Assembly: GCA_020854825.1 (NCBI GenBank)
Contig: JAHKLY010000006.1
Span: forward strand, 10,743-74,742
Reading direction: 5' to 3'
Source: Candidatus Micrarchaeota archaeon
Lineage (GTDB): Archaea > Micrarchaeota > Micrarchaeia > Anstonellales > JAHKLY01
Length of the DNA stretch: 64,000 nucleotides
Part shown: piece by piece, positions 10,710 through 19,587 of the stretch
Numbering within the stretch: position 1 is the stretch's first letter
How the letters are laid out: each line of letters starts with the position of its first letter
Notes under the pieces: model-generated
Seen by the model: the letters and a program-made list of their open reading frames with translations, nothing else
Databases searched by the model: none
Told to the model about the DNA's origin: nothing
Position numbers and translations under genes: made by a program

Positions 10710-12110
10710 CTAACGATCGTACAACTCGCTTGTTATACTGCTGTTATAATGTTTTGATAAGTTTAATTTAAATCTTTTTAAATTAGATAATATTGAAAAT
10801 ACAGACTCTTCTTTAAAAATATTAAAATTTGGAAACTTCTCTTTTGTAATCAACGCTTTATATCCTCTCAGCATATATACAAATTTAGATTCATCCAATT
10901 GTTTTAATAATGTAGATGCAGTTGTAGATATAGAAAATATCAACTCCAAATCTTCTACTGTTGCAAAATTAGCACCTAGGCTAAGATTATTTGTAATTCT
11001 ATTTTTTTCAATAATAGTCTTGTTCCCCCAATTGTTTTGTATTAATTTCTGTTTTATTTCCTCAATAAGTTCTACTGTCTCAACTACGTTTTGTGAAGTT
11101 TTAATATCTGTATCCCTTCTTAGTTTTAGCTCTTTTTCAGAAGTATCTAAAGGAGTATTTTCGTTTAATGGTTCTCCGCCAAAATAAGGCAACTCATCAG
11201 ATCCAATACTAAATTCTAAAGGTTCAATTGTATTTTTTAACTCAGATAATATTTTTTCTAATCTAAAAATTACATACTCTATATATTTCTCATTGGCTGT
11301 TTTATTAAATAGAATAGACTTTTCATCAAAGATTACTTGGTTTTCTCTTGTTCTAAAAATATTTTTTATTAATTCAAAATCATAAGGACCAATAAAAATC
11401 CGCGAGTTATTACAAAATCGTTCATTAAATGAATCATAAGTATTACAATAAGTAGTATCATTAAATACATCTAATTTTATTATTTCTGCAAACAATTCTA
11501 ATATAGTATTTAATCTAATTTCCATAAACCTCATTTCTTTTACATCCGAAGATAGTAAGGGAAGATTCATTCTATTTTTTCTCATCAATTCTCCTAACCT
11601 AATTTCATATTTAAGATTAAGATCTTTAGTTAAATAAAAATCAATTTCTTTTCCGGCTAACTTTTGTTTATTATTCATAAATTCATTAATTTCTGTTTCT
11701 AATTTTTTAATAGAATTTATAAGAAACTCTTTAATTTTAGACTTATCTTTAATCCAAAGATTACTATCCCAAGGAGGATTTGTTTTTCCAGATTGTATTT
11801 CTTTAGATAAACAATAAATAGAGATAAAATCTTTAAAGGAACATTGATACTTTTCATCTTCATATGCTTCAATTGCTAATGAATCTACAAAATTAGAAAA
11901 TATAGTTTGTATCTGTTGGTTTGAATATTGTAAATTTGATTTTTTGATGAAAAATGAATAATTTCTCCAAAGAGCTGCGTATCTTTGTGATACTGATTTA
12001 ATTCCTTTAAAAAAAACTTTATCTTCAGCAAACCAGGAATACCATACAAGAGTAGGTCTATTACTTTGATGCATTTCACTCATAAGAACCACTACTTGTT
12101 TTATCTGCAT
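10710..12110 (-). CDS. Hypothetical protein (about 455-466 aa); start may be M10/M13, overlapping the stop of the upstream gene
   Basis: Long ORF in an AT-rich genome with Lys/Asn-rich native-like composition. No recognisable motif. ATGAGTGAAATG start cluster overlaps the TGA of the preceding ORF (translational coupling). Confidence 0.4.
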   Translation of the reverse strand: MQIKQVVVLMSEMHQSNRPTLVWYSWFAEDKVFFKGIKSVSQRYAALWRNYSFFIKKSNLQYSNQQIQTIFSNFVDSLAIEAYEDEKYQCSFKDFISIYCLSKEIQSGKTNPPWDSNLWIKDKSKIKEFLINSIKKLETEINEFMNNKQKLAGKEIDFYLTKDLNLKYEIRLGELMRKNRMNLPLLSSDVKEMRFMEIRLNTILELFAEIIKLDVFNDTTYCNTYDSFNERFCNNSRIFIGPYDFELIKNIFRTRENQVIFDEKSILFNKTANEKYIEYVIFRLEKILSELKNTIEPLEFSIGSDELPYFGGEPLNENTPLDTSEKELKLRRDTDIKTSQNVVETVELIEEIKQKLIQNNWGNKTIIEKNRITNNLSLGANFATVEDLELIFSISTTASTLLKQLDESKFVYMLRGYKALITKEKFPNFNIFKEESVFSILSNLKRFKLNLSKHYNSSITSELYDR

Positions 12111-13338
12111 TATTTTTACGTGAATTGTAATTTGTAATTCTATGCATTAAACTATCAACAGATATCAAAATTACTGGTAATTGTTTAGTTGAATTGAAAA
12201 ATAAACAATCTTCTCTATTAAAATAACTGCCTTTATCCTTTAATGTGTCCCAATTATAATTATCATTCTTTAATTCAAGCATTAATAATATATCATTTTC
12301 ATTAATAATCTTTGGGTCCCCTAATTCATTAATTAAAACGACTCTAACTTCATGATTTGATAAATTTGAAAATTCTCCCATTTTAGGAAGAATTCTATAT
12401 GTTATAGCAGCAAGTAAATCTTTCCATACTTTATTTTCAGGAGTCTGGATTTGTGGTTGTATTCTGATTGGATTTTTTGAATCTGGTTTTTGCATATCGT
12501 TTTTTTGTTTTTGGATCTTTTTTTCAAATAAAATGATACTGTTATTGAAAAAACTAATCATCTCCTCTAATTTTTTGGAATCAATCGTTCTAGCTTCTTG
12601 GGTTTTATACCATTCAAAAGTATCATTTAATACATCATCTTTTATAGATTTGAATATGTTTTTTGATATTAAAGATTGTTTTTCAGTACAAAAACTATTT
12701 ATAAAACATTCATAAGATTTAAATCCATCTGAATTATATTTTAAACAAAGTTTATACATATATTTAAAGATATTTAATAATTGGGAATATTTTTTTAATA
12801 TATTCTCGTCTTGAATTTCTGTTGAACCTATTTTTTCAGAAGATACTGGATTTCCAAAAGAATTAGAACTAAGCAATTGTTTAGTTATTTGATCAAGTTT
12901 TTTTGTTTCTTCAATATTGAATATCTCTGGGTGTTCTATTAATACTCTTGGGTTTTGTTTTAATTTATCCAATAAATCGTTTAAATACTTTAATCCTGAT
13001 CCTAAATAACCAATTGCAGTATTAAAATCATTAATTTTACTCCCATATAGAAACAAGTCTTCATTACTTTGATAAACATATTTTTTAAAAAAAACTCTAT
13101 ATTCCTCATAACAAGGTGCATTTGAATTTTTTTTATATTCTAAAATAGAATGTCTATTTATAATATTTATAAAAGCATTCATTTTCTCTTCATCTGATCT
13201 TCCTTGTAAATCAGATATTGTATTTGTAATATCTATAAATTTTGACCTGCATTTATTAAATTCTAAAAATAATGCCTTGGCTTGCCTAACTAGTTCTGGT
13301 TCAATTTCAAATTTTGGCTTTTGCGATCTCTCTCCCAT
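12076..13338 (-). CDS. Hypothetical protein (about 420 aa; start moved to M29, MGERSQKPK…)
   Basis: Long ORF co-oriented with and overlapping the 10710-12110 ORF. The N-terminal 28 codons of the track ORF would overlap the divergent lipoprotein gene, so the internal Met at 13338 is preferred. No family motif recognised. Confidence 0.4.
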   Translation of the reverse strand: MGERSQKPKFEIEPELVRQAKALFLEFNKCRSKFIDITNTISDLQGRSDEEKMNAFINIINRHSILEYKKNSNAPCYEEYRVFFKKYVYQSNEDLFLYGSKINDFNTAIGYLGSGLKYLNDLLDKLKQNPRVLIEHPEIFNIEETKKLDQITKQLLSSNSFGNPVSSEKIGSTEIQDENILKKYSQLLNIFKYMYKLCLKYNSDGFKSYECFINSFCTEKQSLISKNIFKSIKDDVLNDTFEWYKTQEARTIDSKKLEEMISFFNNSIILFEKKIQKQKNDMQKPDSKNPIRIQPQIQTPENKVWKDLLAAITYRILPKMGEFSNLSNHEVRVVLINELGDPKIINENDILLMLELKNDNYNWDTLKDKGSYFNREDCLFFNSTKQLPVILISVDSLMHRITNYNSRKNNADKTSSGSYE

Positions 13339-13429
13339 GTGTAATTTTATGTGTTTATGCGTTTTAAAAGGTTTCGTTTTGCAATTTATTCTGAAAAAAG
13401 GTATTAAAAACCTTTTTTTCATTAATGTT

Positions 13430-13984
13430 ATGGTGAAATGTATGAAAATGATATTAGGACTATTAATAATAGCTTCTTTGATGCTATTAGGTTGTACTGC
13501 ACTGGAAAATGCGACAACAGATTTAGAAGAAAAAGCAAAAACCGCATCACAAACAGAAAAAGAAATAACACCAGAAGTTGAAGAACCAATATTAGAATGT
13601 GAAATGAAATATTGGTTTGATGAAGATTCAACTGAATGTAGATATAAAGAATTCTGTGGAATGTATATGTATTATGGTTTAAGAACATTTGAAAGTCTTG
13701 AAGATTGTGAAGAAGAATTAGCAGAATCAAAAACAATAATATCAATTGACTGTGATGATATGGATGAAACAGATAAATGGGTATGTTTGATTAAAAAAGC
13801 AGAGGAAACTAAAAATATAAATGTCTGTAATCAAATAATCCCAACTGACCAAAGAAATACTTGTATTAAAACAGTTTCACATATATTACATGATGTAAAT
13901 ATTTGCAATAAATTAAACAGTAATGATGATCAGTTGTTATGTAGATATCATTCAAGTCCACAAGTAACAGGAGGATTAACTTAA
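13430..13984 (+). CDS. Cys-rich secreted lipoprotein (lipobox LLGC), hypothetical
   Basis: MVKCMKMILGLLIIASLMLLGC|TALEN… signal peptide with lipobox-like LLGC. 17 Cys in about 180 aa, acidic. Track ORF start 13277 overlaps the divergent gene and is unlikely. Confidence 0.45.
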   Translation: MVKCMKMILGLLIIASLMLLGCTALENATTDLEEKAKTASQTEKEITPEVEEPILECEMKYWFDEDSTECRYKEFCGMYMYYGLRTFESLEDCEEELAESKTIISIDCDDMDETDKWVCLIKKAEETKNINVCNQIIPTDQRNTCIKTVSHILHDVNICNKLNSNDDQLLCRYHSSPQVTGGLT

Positions 13985-13999
13985 TTTAACTCTTTTAAA

Positions 14000-15394
14000 T
14001 TAAAGTTTTTCCTGTTTTCCTTTTATTTCTTTTTCTCTTTTATTTATTTCTTGAGCAGCTATCAAACCTGTAAATGCAGCACCATTTATCCCCCTTGAAA
14101 CTCCAGCCCCATCCCCACATACAAATAAATCTTTTACCTCAGTTTCCATATTTTTATCTACTGATAATTTTAAAGAATAAAATTTTATTTCTGGCGCATA
14201 AAGTAAAGTAGAATCAGAATCAACACCCGGTATTACACTTGATAATTTTTCTAGGCCTTCTTTAATATCTTCAACTACACGAGAAGGTAAAGCCATAGAA
14301 ATATCTCCAGGGGTTACATCACCCAAAGTAGGTTTAACATAACTTTTATTTATTCTTTCCCAATTTGACCTTCTGCCTCTTTTTAAATCTTTTAATCTTT
14401 GGACAATTGGTTTTCCTCCTCCTATTTGGGTAGCTAATTCTGCAATTTTTTCACCATATGAAATTGTATCCTCAACTGGTTCAGTTAAACTAATCCTTAC
14501 TAAAAATGCAAAATTAGTGTTTTTTGATTTTTTGTCTTTCATTGCATGCCCATTAACACATACAAATTTACCATAATTTTCCAATGAAACAAAACCATGG
14601 GGATTTGTACAAAATGTCCTTACTAAATCATCCCGTTGAGTCATTATATAAAATTTAGGATCATAATTAATTTTAGTGATTTCATCCATAACTTCGTCTG
14701 GAACTTCAACTCTAACTCCAACATCTACAGATTGAAATTCAATTTTAAGTTTTTGTTTTTTTGCTATATCTTTAAGCCAATCAGTTCCAGACCTCCCAGG
14801 TGAAATTATAACATAATCTCCTATAATTTCCTCAGTTGTTTTAACTCCTTTAATCTTATTTAATTCAACTACTATATCTTTAACTTCTTCTTCTGTTTTA
14901 AAAATAACTCCTTTGCTTTGTAAAAAATTTGTCATATTCTCGATAACATCCGGCAATTTATCTGAACCTATATGTAATTGCTTTAAGGGTAAAAATCTAA
15001 CTCCGTTCTTTTTTGCTTCTCTTGAAAGAATATCTGCATTTCCATCTGGCTCAAAATAATCTTCTGGTTTTGCACCGAAATGAATGAATATCTTTCTTAT
15101 CTTATCTAATAATTGTTCTGTTTCTTCAAGGGATTTGAATCTTAATAAATCCCCTCCTACTTCATAATGAAAATTTATTTTACCATCTGAAAATGTTCCT
15201 GCACCTCCAATACCACATAATATATTACAAGGGTTACAATTAGTACAATAGTTGGTTTGTTTTTTAGGACATTTTCTGTTTTTTACTCTTTTTCCTTTAT
15301 CAAAAATAGTTATTTCTAAATTTGAATTAGTACATAATTCATAAGCAGCAAATAATCCTGCTGGTCCTGCTCCAATAATAAGTACTTTTTTCAT
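14000..15394 (-). CDS. FAD-dependent oxidoreductase (COG2509-like uncharacterised FAD-dependent dehydrogenase)
   Basis: MKKVLIIGAGPAGLFAAYEL Rossmann GxGxxG dinucleotide motif. Cys cluster CTNCNPCNILCGIGGAG. C-terminal …FVCGDGAGVSRGINGAAFTG FAD-binding motif. Confidence 0.65.
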   Translation of the reverse strand: MKKVLIIGAGPAGLFAAYELCTNSNLEITIFDKGKRVKNRKCPKKQTNYCTNCNPCNILCGIGGAGTFSDGKINFHYEVGGDLLRFKSLEETEQLLDKIRKIFIHFGAKPEDYFEPDGNADILSREAKKNGVRFLPLKQLHIGSDKLPDVIENMTNFLQSKGVIFKTEEEVKDIVVELNKIKGVKTTEEIIGDYVIISPGRSGTDWLKDIAKKQKLKIEFQSVDVGVRVEVPDEVMDEITKINYDPKFYIMTQRDDLVRTFCTNPHGFVSLENYGKFVCVNGHAMKDKKSKNTNFAFLVRISLTEPVEDTISYGEKIAELATQIGGGKPIVQRLKDLKRGRRSNWERINKSYVKPTLGDVTPGDISMALPSRVVEDIKEGLEKLSSVIPGVDSDSTLLYAPEIKFYSLKLSVDKNMETEVKDLFVCGDGAGVSRGINGAAFTGLIAAQEINKREKEIKGKQEKL

Positions 15395-15439
15395 TCTCCC
15401 ACATAATAGTATTTAATAAGAAAGGTATTTATTTCTTAC

Positions 15440-16054
15440 TTAAATCTGATTAAACATAACATTAAGAAGATTATAGATATTCTTATTTTTTATAAGGAAA
15501 ATTTTATCTTTTTCATAGAATGCAGTATAATCATTGAAAATCAAAATTCCTGTTTTTAGAGGGTTTATTTTTTTATTTATTGTTGCTTTTATTTTTTTAT
15601 CAAAAATAAAATCAGGCCCAAAATATTTTACTTCTGTGATGTTTTTCTTTTTTTGAATTTTTAATATATACTCATTTAGATCTTTGTGTGCATTTTCTCC
15701 TTCAAAATTCTCTATTATAAATTCAGTAAAAGGTTTATTATATATCTTTTCTAATTTTGGCACTAAAGAATCTACTACGCCCTGCTTTTGTTTTAACTGG
15801 TCCTGTTCTTTTTTTAAGAGTTTTTTGAGTGCGCTGGGAGGCGCACACTCAAACTCTTTTTTGCTCTTCCTAATTGTATAGGTCACTAAATCCTTGCCAA
15901 TCAAATTTTCAAGTGTGTCATAAACATACGGTCTGTACATGCCTGTTTTCTTGGATAACTGTGATGCGGACAAAGGACCACTTTTAAGCAAGGCCACGTA
16001 AATCTTTACTTCTGGATCTGAAAGACCCAGGGCCTTTAACTTTGTTTCATCCAT
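15440..16054 (-). CDS. TrmB-family transcriptional regulator (winged HTH)
   Basis: N-terminal …LSDPEVKIYVALLKSGPLSASQLSKKTGMYRPYVYDTLENLIGKDLV… is the TrmB HTH signature. Confidence 0.65.
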   Translation of the reverse strand: MDETKLKALGLSDPEVKIYVALLKSGPLSASQLSKKTGMYRPYVYDTLENLIGKDLVTYTIRKSKKEFECAPPSALKKLLKKEQDQLKQKQGVVDSLVPKLEKIYNKPFTEFIIENFEGENAHKDLNEYILKIQKKKNITEVKYFGPDFIFDKKIKATINKKINPLKTGILIFNDYTAFYEKDKIFLIKNKNIYNLLNVMFNQI

Positions 16055-16110
16055 TGCACATGTATTACAAAAGTAAGGTTTTTAAAGTTGTCGTAAAGAA
16101 CGACGACACT

Positions 16111-16151
16111 ATCATGATGCAATCATGATGATTAAACACAATAATCATGAC
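16111..16151. promoter_or_regulatory. Three copies of the 8-bp palindrome ATCATGAT (third copy ATCATGAc) upstream of the TrmB-family gene; candidate operator
   Basis: ATCATGATgcaATCATGATgattaaacacaataATCATGAc at about -57 to -97 from the regulator start codon. The first two copies are 11 bp apart (one helical turn). Confidence 0.35.
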
Positions 16152-16246
16152 ACAATTTTTAATAAGTAAAAAATAATAAAATAAATAAAATATACTTATT
16201 TTTTTAATAGATATATTATATTCAAAGTTAAAAAATATAATTAAAT

Positions 16247-16519
16247 CTAGTTTTTATCTGTGATTTTTATAACGTGATAACCAAAATCAGTTTTAACAGG
16301 ACCAACTACTTCTCCTGTTTTTACACTAAAGCATGCATCTTCAAATTCTTTAACCATTTGACCTTTATCAAAAAATCCTAAATCTCCTCCGTTTTCTCCA
16401 CTTGGACATAATGATTCTCTTCTTGCAATTGCTTCAAAAGGCTCACCGCTATTTATGCGCTCTAGGATTTTTTCTGCTTCTTTTTTTGTTTTTACTAATA
16501 TGTGACTTGCTCTTATCAA
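16247..16519 (-). CDS. Parvulin-type peptidyl-prolyl cis-trans isomerase (PpiC/PinA-like, 90 aa)
   Basis: MIRASHILVKTKKEAEKILERINSGEPFEAIARRESLCPSGENGGDLGFFDKGQMVKEFEDACF…GPVKTDFGYHVIKI matches the parvulin rotamase domain. Confidence 0.8.
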   Translation of the reverse strand: MIRASHILVKTKKEAEKILERINSGEPFEAIARRESLCPSGENGGDLGFFDKGQMVKEFEDACFSVKTGEVVGPVKTDFGYHVIKITDKN

Positions 16520-16579
16520 ATTCTCACCATGTGTTTTGAATAGATTAACAGGTTGGAAAATTAAAAAGAAAAAAATAAT

Positions 16580-16885
16580 TTATCCGAATAACCCTGCTAA
16601 TCCTGCAGCTGCTTCTTCTTCTTTTTTACCGTCATCTTCAACTGGTGCTGCTGCGACTGCGGCTGCTACTGGTGCTGCTGGTGCTGCTGCGACTGCCATT
16701 GCTGGTGCTTTTAATGCATCATCCCAATTTACGTCTTTTACTGCATCAGCTAAAACTTTTGCTTTTGCTGCGTCTGCATCTGTACCTGCTGCTTTCAAAA
16801 CTGCCAAAATATTGGCATCAGTTATATCTTTTTCAGCTCCTTTCAATAAAAGTGCTGCATGTAGATATGGGTCTATTTTTGTCAT
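16580..16885 (-). CDS. rpl12: 50S ribosomal stalk protein P1 (L12e/aP1)
   Basis: MTKIDPYLHAALLLKGAEKDITDANILAVLKAAG… dimerisation domain. Ala/Pro-rich hinge. C-terminal …DDGKKEEEAAAGLAGLFG stalk tail. Confidence 0.85.
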   Translation of the reverse strand: MTKIDPYLHAALLLKGAEKDITDANILAVLKAAGTDADAAKAKVLADAVKDVNWDDALKAPAMAVAAAPAAPVAAAVAAAPVEDDGKKEEEAAAGLAGLFG

Positions 16886-16902
16886 ATGTATCCCTCCAAA
16901 TA

Positions 16903-17787
16903 TTATTCTGTTTTTTCATCTTTTGGCTTTTCTTCTGGTTTTACATTTTTACTCAAACCTAAAGCTTGTGAATATACTTCGGATATTAATCTATCCATTA
17001 TAGATTCACTATAAATCTTTTGATTTATTGCAAAATTAACTGCATCCATAAATGAATGTTGTAATAAATATTCTGCATTTTGTGAAGTAGGTATGTTTGT
17101 GTTTACTGAAAGTGCAAATGCGTTTTGTAATTCTTGCTTGAAATTTAATGTTAATTGTTCTGAAGTTATTTCTAATATCTCTGGTTTGTAAATCAACCCT
17201 TCTTCTTGACTTAATAATAATTGTATTCCTACTTCAAAAGGTAGAACATTTACTTTTCTCAAAGCTTTTGCAACTGGATCTGATATTTTTTCTCCTTCTT
17301 TTGCAACTACTGAATCTTTAGCAACGACAATTTTTCCTGCTTTTACTTGTGCATTTATCTTTCCTGTTTTTAATTCGGATAATGCTGGACCAGGAAGTAA
17401 ATCTGTTTCACCTGCAGGCACTATTATATCAAAAGGTGCTATTTGGCCTGGTTTTGCAGGTACTTTTTCTTTATTTTGTTTGAAAAATTGATACAATTCA
17501 TAAGAACTCATATTATTTGAATATATAACTGCCACAGGTTCATTTAAAGAATTTAAAATTTCTGAACTTTGGTTTGTATTTTCTAATGCTCTTTTGATCA
17601 CTGTTGATTTTCCTACTAAAAATTTTGCTTTGCCTCTTAATCTTCTTTTCATTCCCTGAAATATATTATCTGGTAAATTTCTTAACCTAATTAAAGCAAT
17701 TAATTTAACATCTGACAATTCTCTTGAAAATTTTTCTACTTGTTCTTTTTTCTTAATAATTGCTGGTCTTTCTGTCATTTTAATCAC
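16903..17787 (-). CDS. rpl10: 50S ribosomal protein L10 (uL10/aP0); note: lacks the usual acidic GLxxLFG C-terminal tail
   Basis: …PAIIKKKEQVEKFSRELSDVKLIALIRLRNLPDNIFQGMKRRLRGKAKFLVGKSTVIKRAL… uL10 signature. Ends …EEKPKDEKTE. Confidence 0.85.
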   Translation of the reverse strand: MIKMTERPAIIKKKEQVEKFSRELSDVKLIALIRLRNLPDNIFQGMKRRLRGKAKFLVGKSTVIKRALENTNQSSEILNSLNEPVAVIYSNNMSSYELYQFFKQNKEKVPAKPGQIAPFDIIVPAGETDLLPGPALSELKTGKINAQVKAGKIVVAKDSVVAKEGEKISDPVAKALRKVNVLPFEVGIQLLLSQEEGLIYKPEILEITSEQLTLNFKQELQNAFALSVNTNIPTSQNAEYLLQHSFMDAVNFAINQKIYSESIMDRLISEVYSQALGLSKNVKPEEKPKDEKTE

Positions 17788-18412
17788 TCAATTTTATGGC
17801 TTTACCCATAGTTAATTTTACATAAACTGATTTAATATTATGATCACTAATTTTTCCTTTTAATTTATCATGAACAGTTTCAATATTATCAACTAAATCA
17901 TTAATTTCCATATCCTCTGAACCAACTGGACATTGTGTTACTGGTAAATATCTACCTTTAGTTGTTACTCTTGTTCTTCTTTTTGCTTGATCAATTGCAG
18001 ATTTTACATTTCCAACTAAAGGAGTTGGTAGTTTTTTTCTTGTACCTAAAACTTGACCTAAATGTTTACCTACAACTGCCATTAATTTTGGTTCTGCTAA
18101 AAATTCAGAATGATTTGCCATAGTCTTCACTTTATTTTTATTTTTTGCTAATTCTGGAATTTGATCTCCTGCTATTACTTCTGCTCCTGCTTGTTTTGCT
18201 TCTAGAGCAGGTTGACCATCTGCAAAAACTATGATCTTTGGTTCTTTACCTCTTCCTTTAGGCAATATAATATCTAAGTTTAATCTATTTTCCGGTTTTT
18301 TAAAATCGATTCCCCTATAATTTATAATAAGTTCTACAGTTTGTTTGAATTTTTTCTTGCCTTTGTCTTGTAAACAAGTTTCTAATGCTTCTTTTATTTG
18401 TTTTTTATCCAT
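17780..18412 (-). CDS. rpl1: 50S ribosomal protein L1 (uL1); start placed at the internal MDKKQIKEA
   Basis: …FKQTVELIINYRGIDFKKPENRLNLDIILPKGRGKEPKIIVFADG… uL1 signature. GGAGGG Shine-Dalgarno 8 nt before the chosen ATG. Overlaps the L10 start by 8 nt. Confidence 0.8.
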   Translation of the reverse strand: MDKKQIKEALETCLQDKGKKKFKQTVELIINYRGIDFKKPENRLNLDIILPKGRGKEPKIIVFADGQPALEAKQAGAEVIAGDQIPELAKNKNKVKTMANHSEFLAEPKLMAVVGKHLGQVLGTRKKLPTPLVGNVKSAIDQAKRRTRVTTKGRYLPVTQCPVGSEDMEINDLVDNIETVHDKLKGKISDHNIKSVYVKLTMGKAIKLSD

Positions 18413-18505
18413 ATTATATTCCCTCCTGCTACCAGCAGTACGCTCGGGTAAAAATAAGTGTACTTTTAATAAACCCAAGTCTTTTTAAATCTTACTAAGA
18501 CTTTT

Positions 18506-19489
18506 TCAAATATTTAAAATATCAATATATCTTTGATATTCTATAACATACTCTGGAAATTCTTCTTTTAATTTATTAAATATCTCTTGTCTTATAACTT
18601 GGATGTGTCCCATACCTGCAATTGCAAAAACGTTATTATATGTATTAAGTTCATTAACACATATATTAATCATTGAATTGTCTCTTTCCTCTCCCCATAA
18701 GGCTTTAATCAAATTTATTAAATACTTATCAGTATGAGGAAATGGTGGATATGCATCTTTATTTTCAAGTGCAGAAATAAGATTTAAATTTGAATCAATA
18801 TATTTTTCAATTGCTTCTTGTGCTAAACGTAAAATTGCGCCTTTTAATTCTTCGTCCGGTTTCATTAATTTTTTAATATCAGTTAAATAATTTGAAAACC
18901 ATCCTTTTGTTAAATCCTCATATAAAATATCTACAGATCTCTTAAGTGCTTCTTCTCTAGGTTTATCTGTTATCTCATAAATATAAGAATTGTTTAACCA
19001 AATAAAAATTCCTGCATCAATTAAATTATAATCAACAAAAATTCCAAACATTCTTTCTTTTTTAGCATCCATTCCTTTAACTGGAATTTTTAATTTATTT
19101 GCTAAATATATTGCTCTACTTCCCTCATCTTTTTCTGGTTCTTGTGCAATAAATTTTGTTCTATCTGAAGAAGATTCAATAAGAATTGAATCTGGATCAT
19201 ACTTTAAAACAACATCATCTAAAATATCTAAAAACCATTTTGAACGAGGTTGTCTTCGAACATGAAGCGCCCCAATAAATATTAGTTGTTTTTTTACATT
19301 ATTTAAAATTAAAGAATAAATTGTAGTTGAATCTAAAACTTGAAATAAATCTTTTGCAGATTCTTCCGGTATATTAAACTCTTTCTGATATTTTTCAATT
19401 ATTGGTTTGCATCTATTAAATTTATCAGTATTAAATTTTGGATAAGTTTTATTTTTTATTTTATCCCTAAAATTATTAAGTGATTTCAT
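18506..19489 (-). CDS. Hypothetical protein, possibly TraB/GumN-family
   Basis: …LIFIGALHVRRQPRSKWFLDILDDVVLKYDPDSILIESSSDR… resembles the TraB-family N-terminal motif hhhhG(T/A)xHV…PD.VhhE…R. Sits where L11 is usually found upstream of L1. Confidence 0.35.
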   Translation of the reverse strand: MKSLNNFRDKIKNKTYPKFNTDKFNRCKPIIEKYQKEFNIPEESAKDLFQVLDSTTIYSLILNNVKKQLIFIGALHVRRQPRSKWFLDILDDVVLKYDPDSILIESSSDRTKFIAQEPEKDEGSRAIYLANKLKIPVKGMDAKKERMFGIFVDYNLIDAGIFIWLNNSYIYEITDKPREEALKRSVDILYEDLTKGWFSNYLTDIKKLMKPDEELKGAILRLAQEAIEKYIDSNLNLISALENKDAYPPFPHTDKYLINLIKALWGEERDNSMINICVNELNTYNNVFAIAGMGHIQVIRQEIFNKLKEEFPEYVIEYQRYIDILNI

Positions 19490-19587
19490 AACTTAATTAA
19501 AGCTTTTTTGGTTTTAAAATGTTTGTATATTTAGAATAAAGCAATTATTTATATTTCTTATACTAATTATATTAAAGTGATTAAAAT

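Noticed and set aside
13277-13429. 5' extension of the lipoprotein ORF, and the first 28 codons of the 448-aa minus-strand ORF (13339-13422)
   Set aside because: The two extensions would overlap each other in a divergent arrangement and leave no promoter space. Internal Met starts (13430, 13338) give a clean 91-nt divergent intergenic region and proper signal-peptide or Shine-Dalgarno contexts.
16120-16135. AUGAUGA (C-box-like) within the ATCATGAT palindromes, considered as a C/D box sRNA
   Set aside because: No downstream CUGA D box or C'/D' arrangement on either strand. The motif is better explained as part of the palindromic operator.
16536-17003. Plus-strand ORFs (155 aa and 105 aa) overlapping the P1 stalk-protein gene
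   Set aside because: Antisense to a well-supported rpl12/P1 gene. They are produced by the GC-rich Ala/Pro codon run of the P1 hinge, giving low-complexity poly-Ala/Leu translations with no start context.
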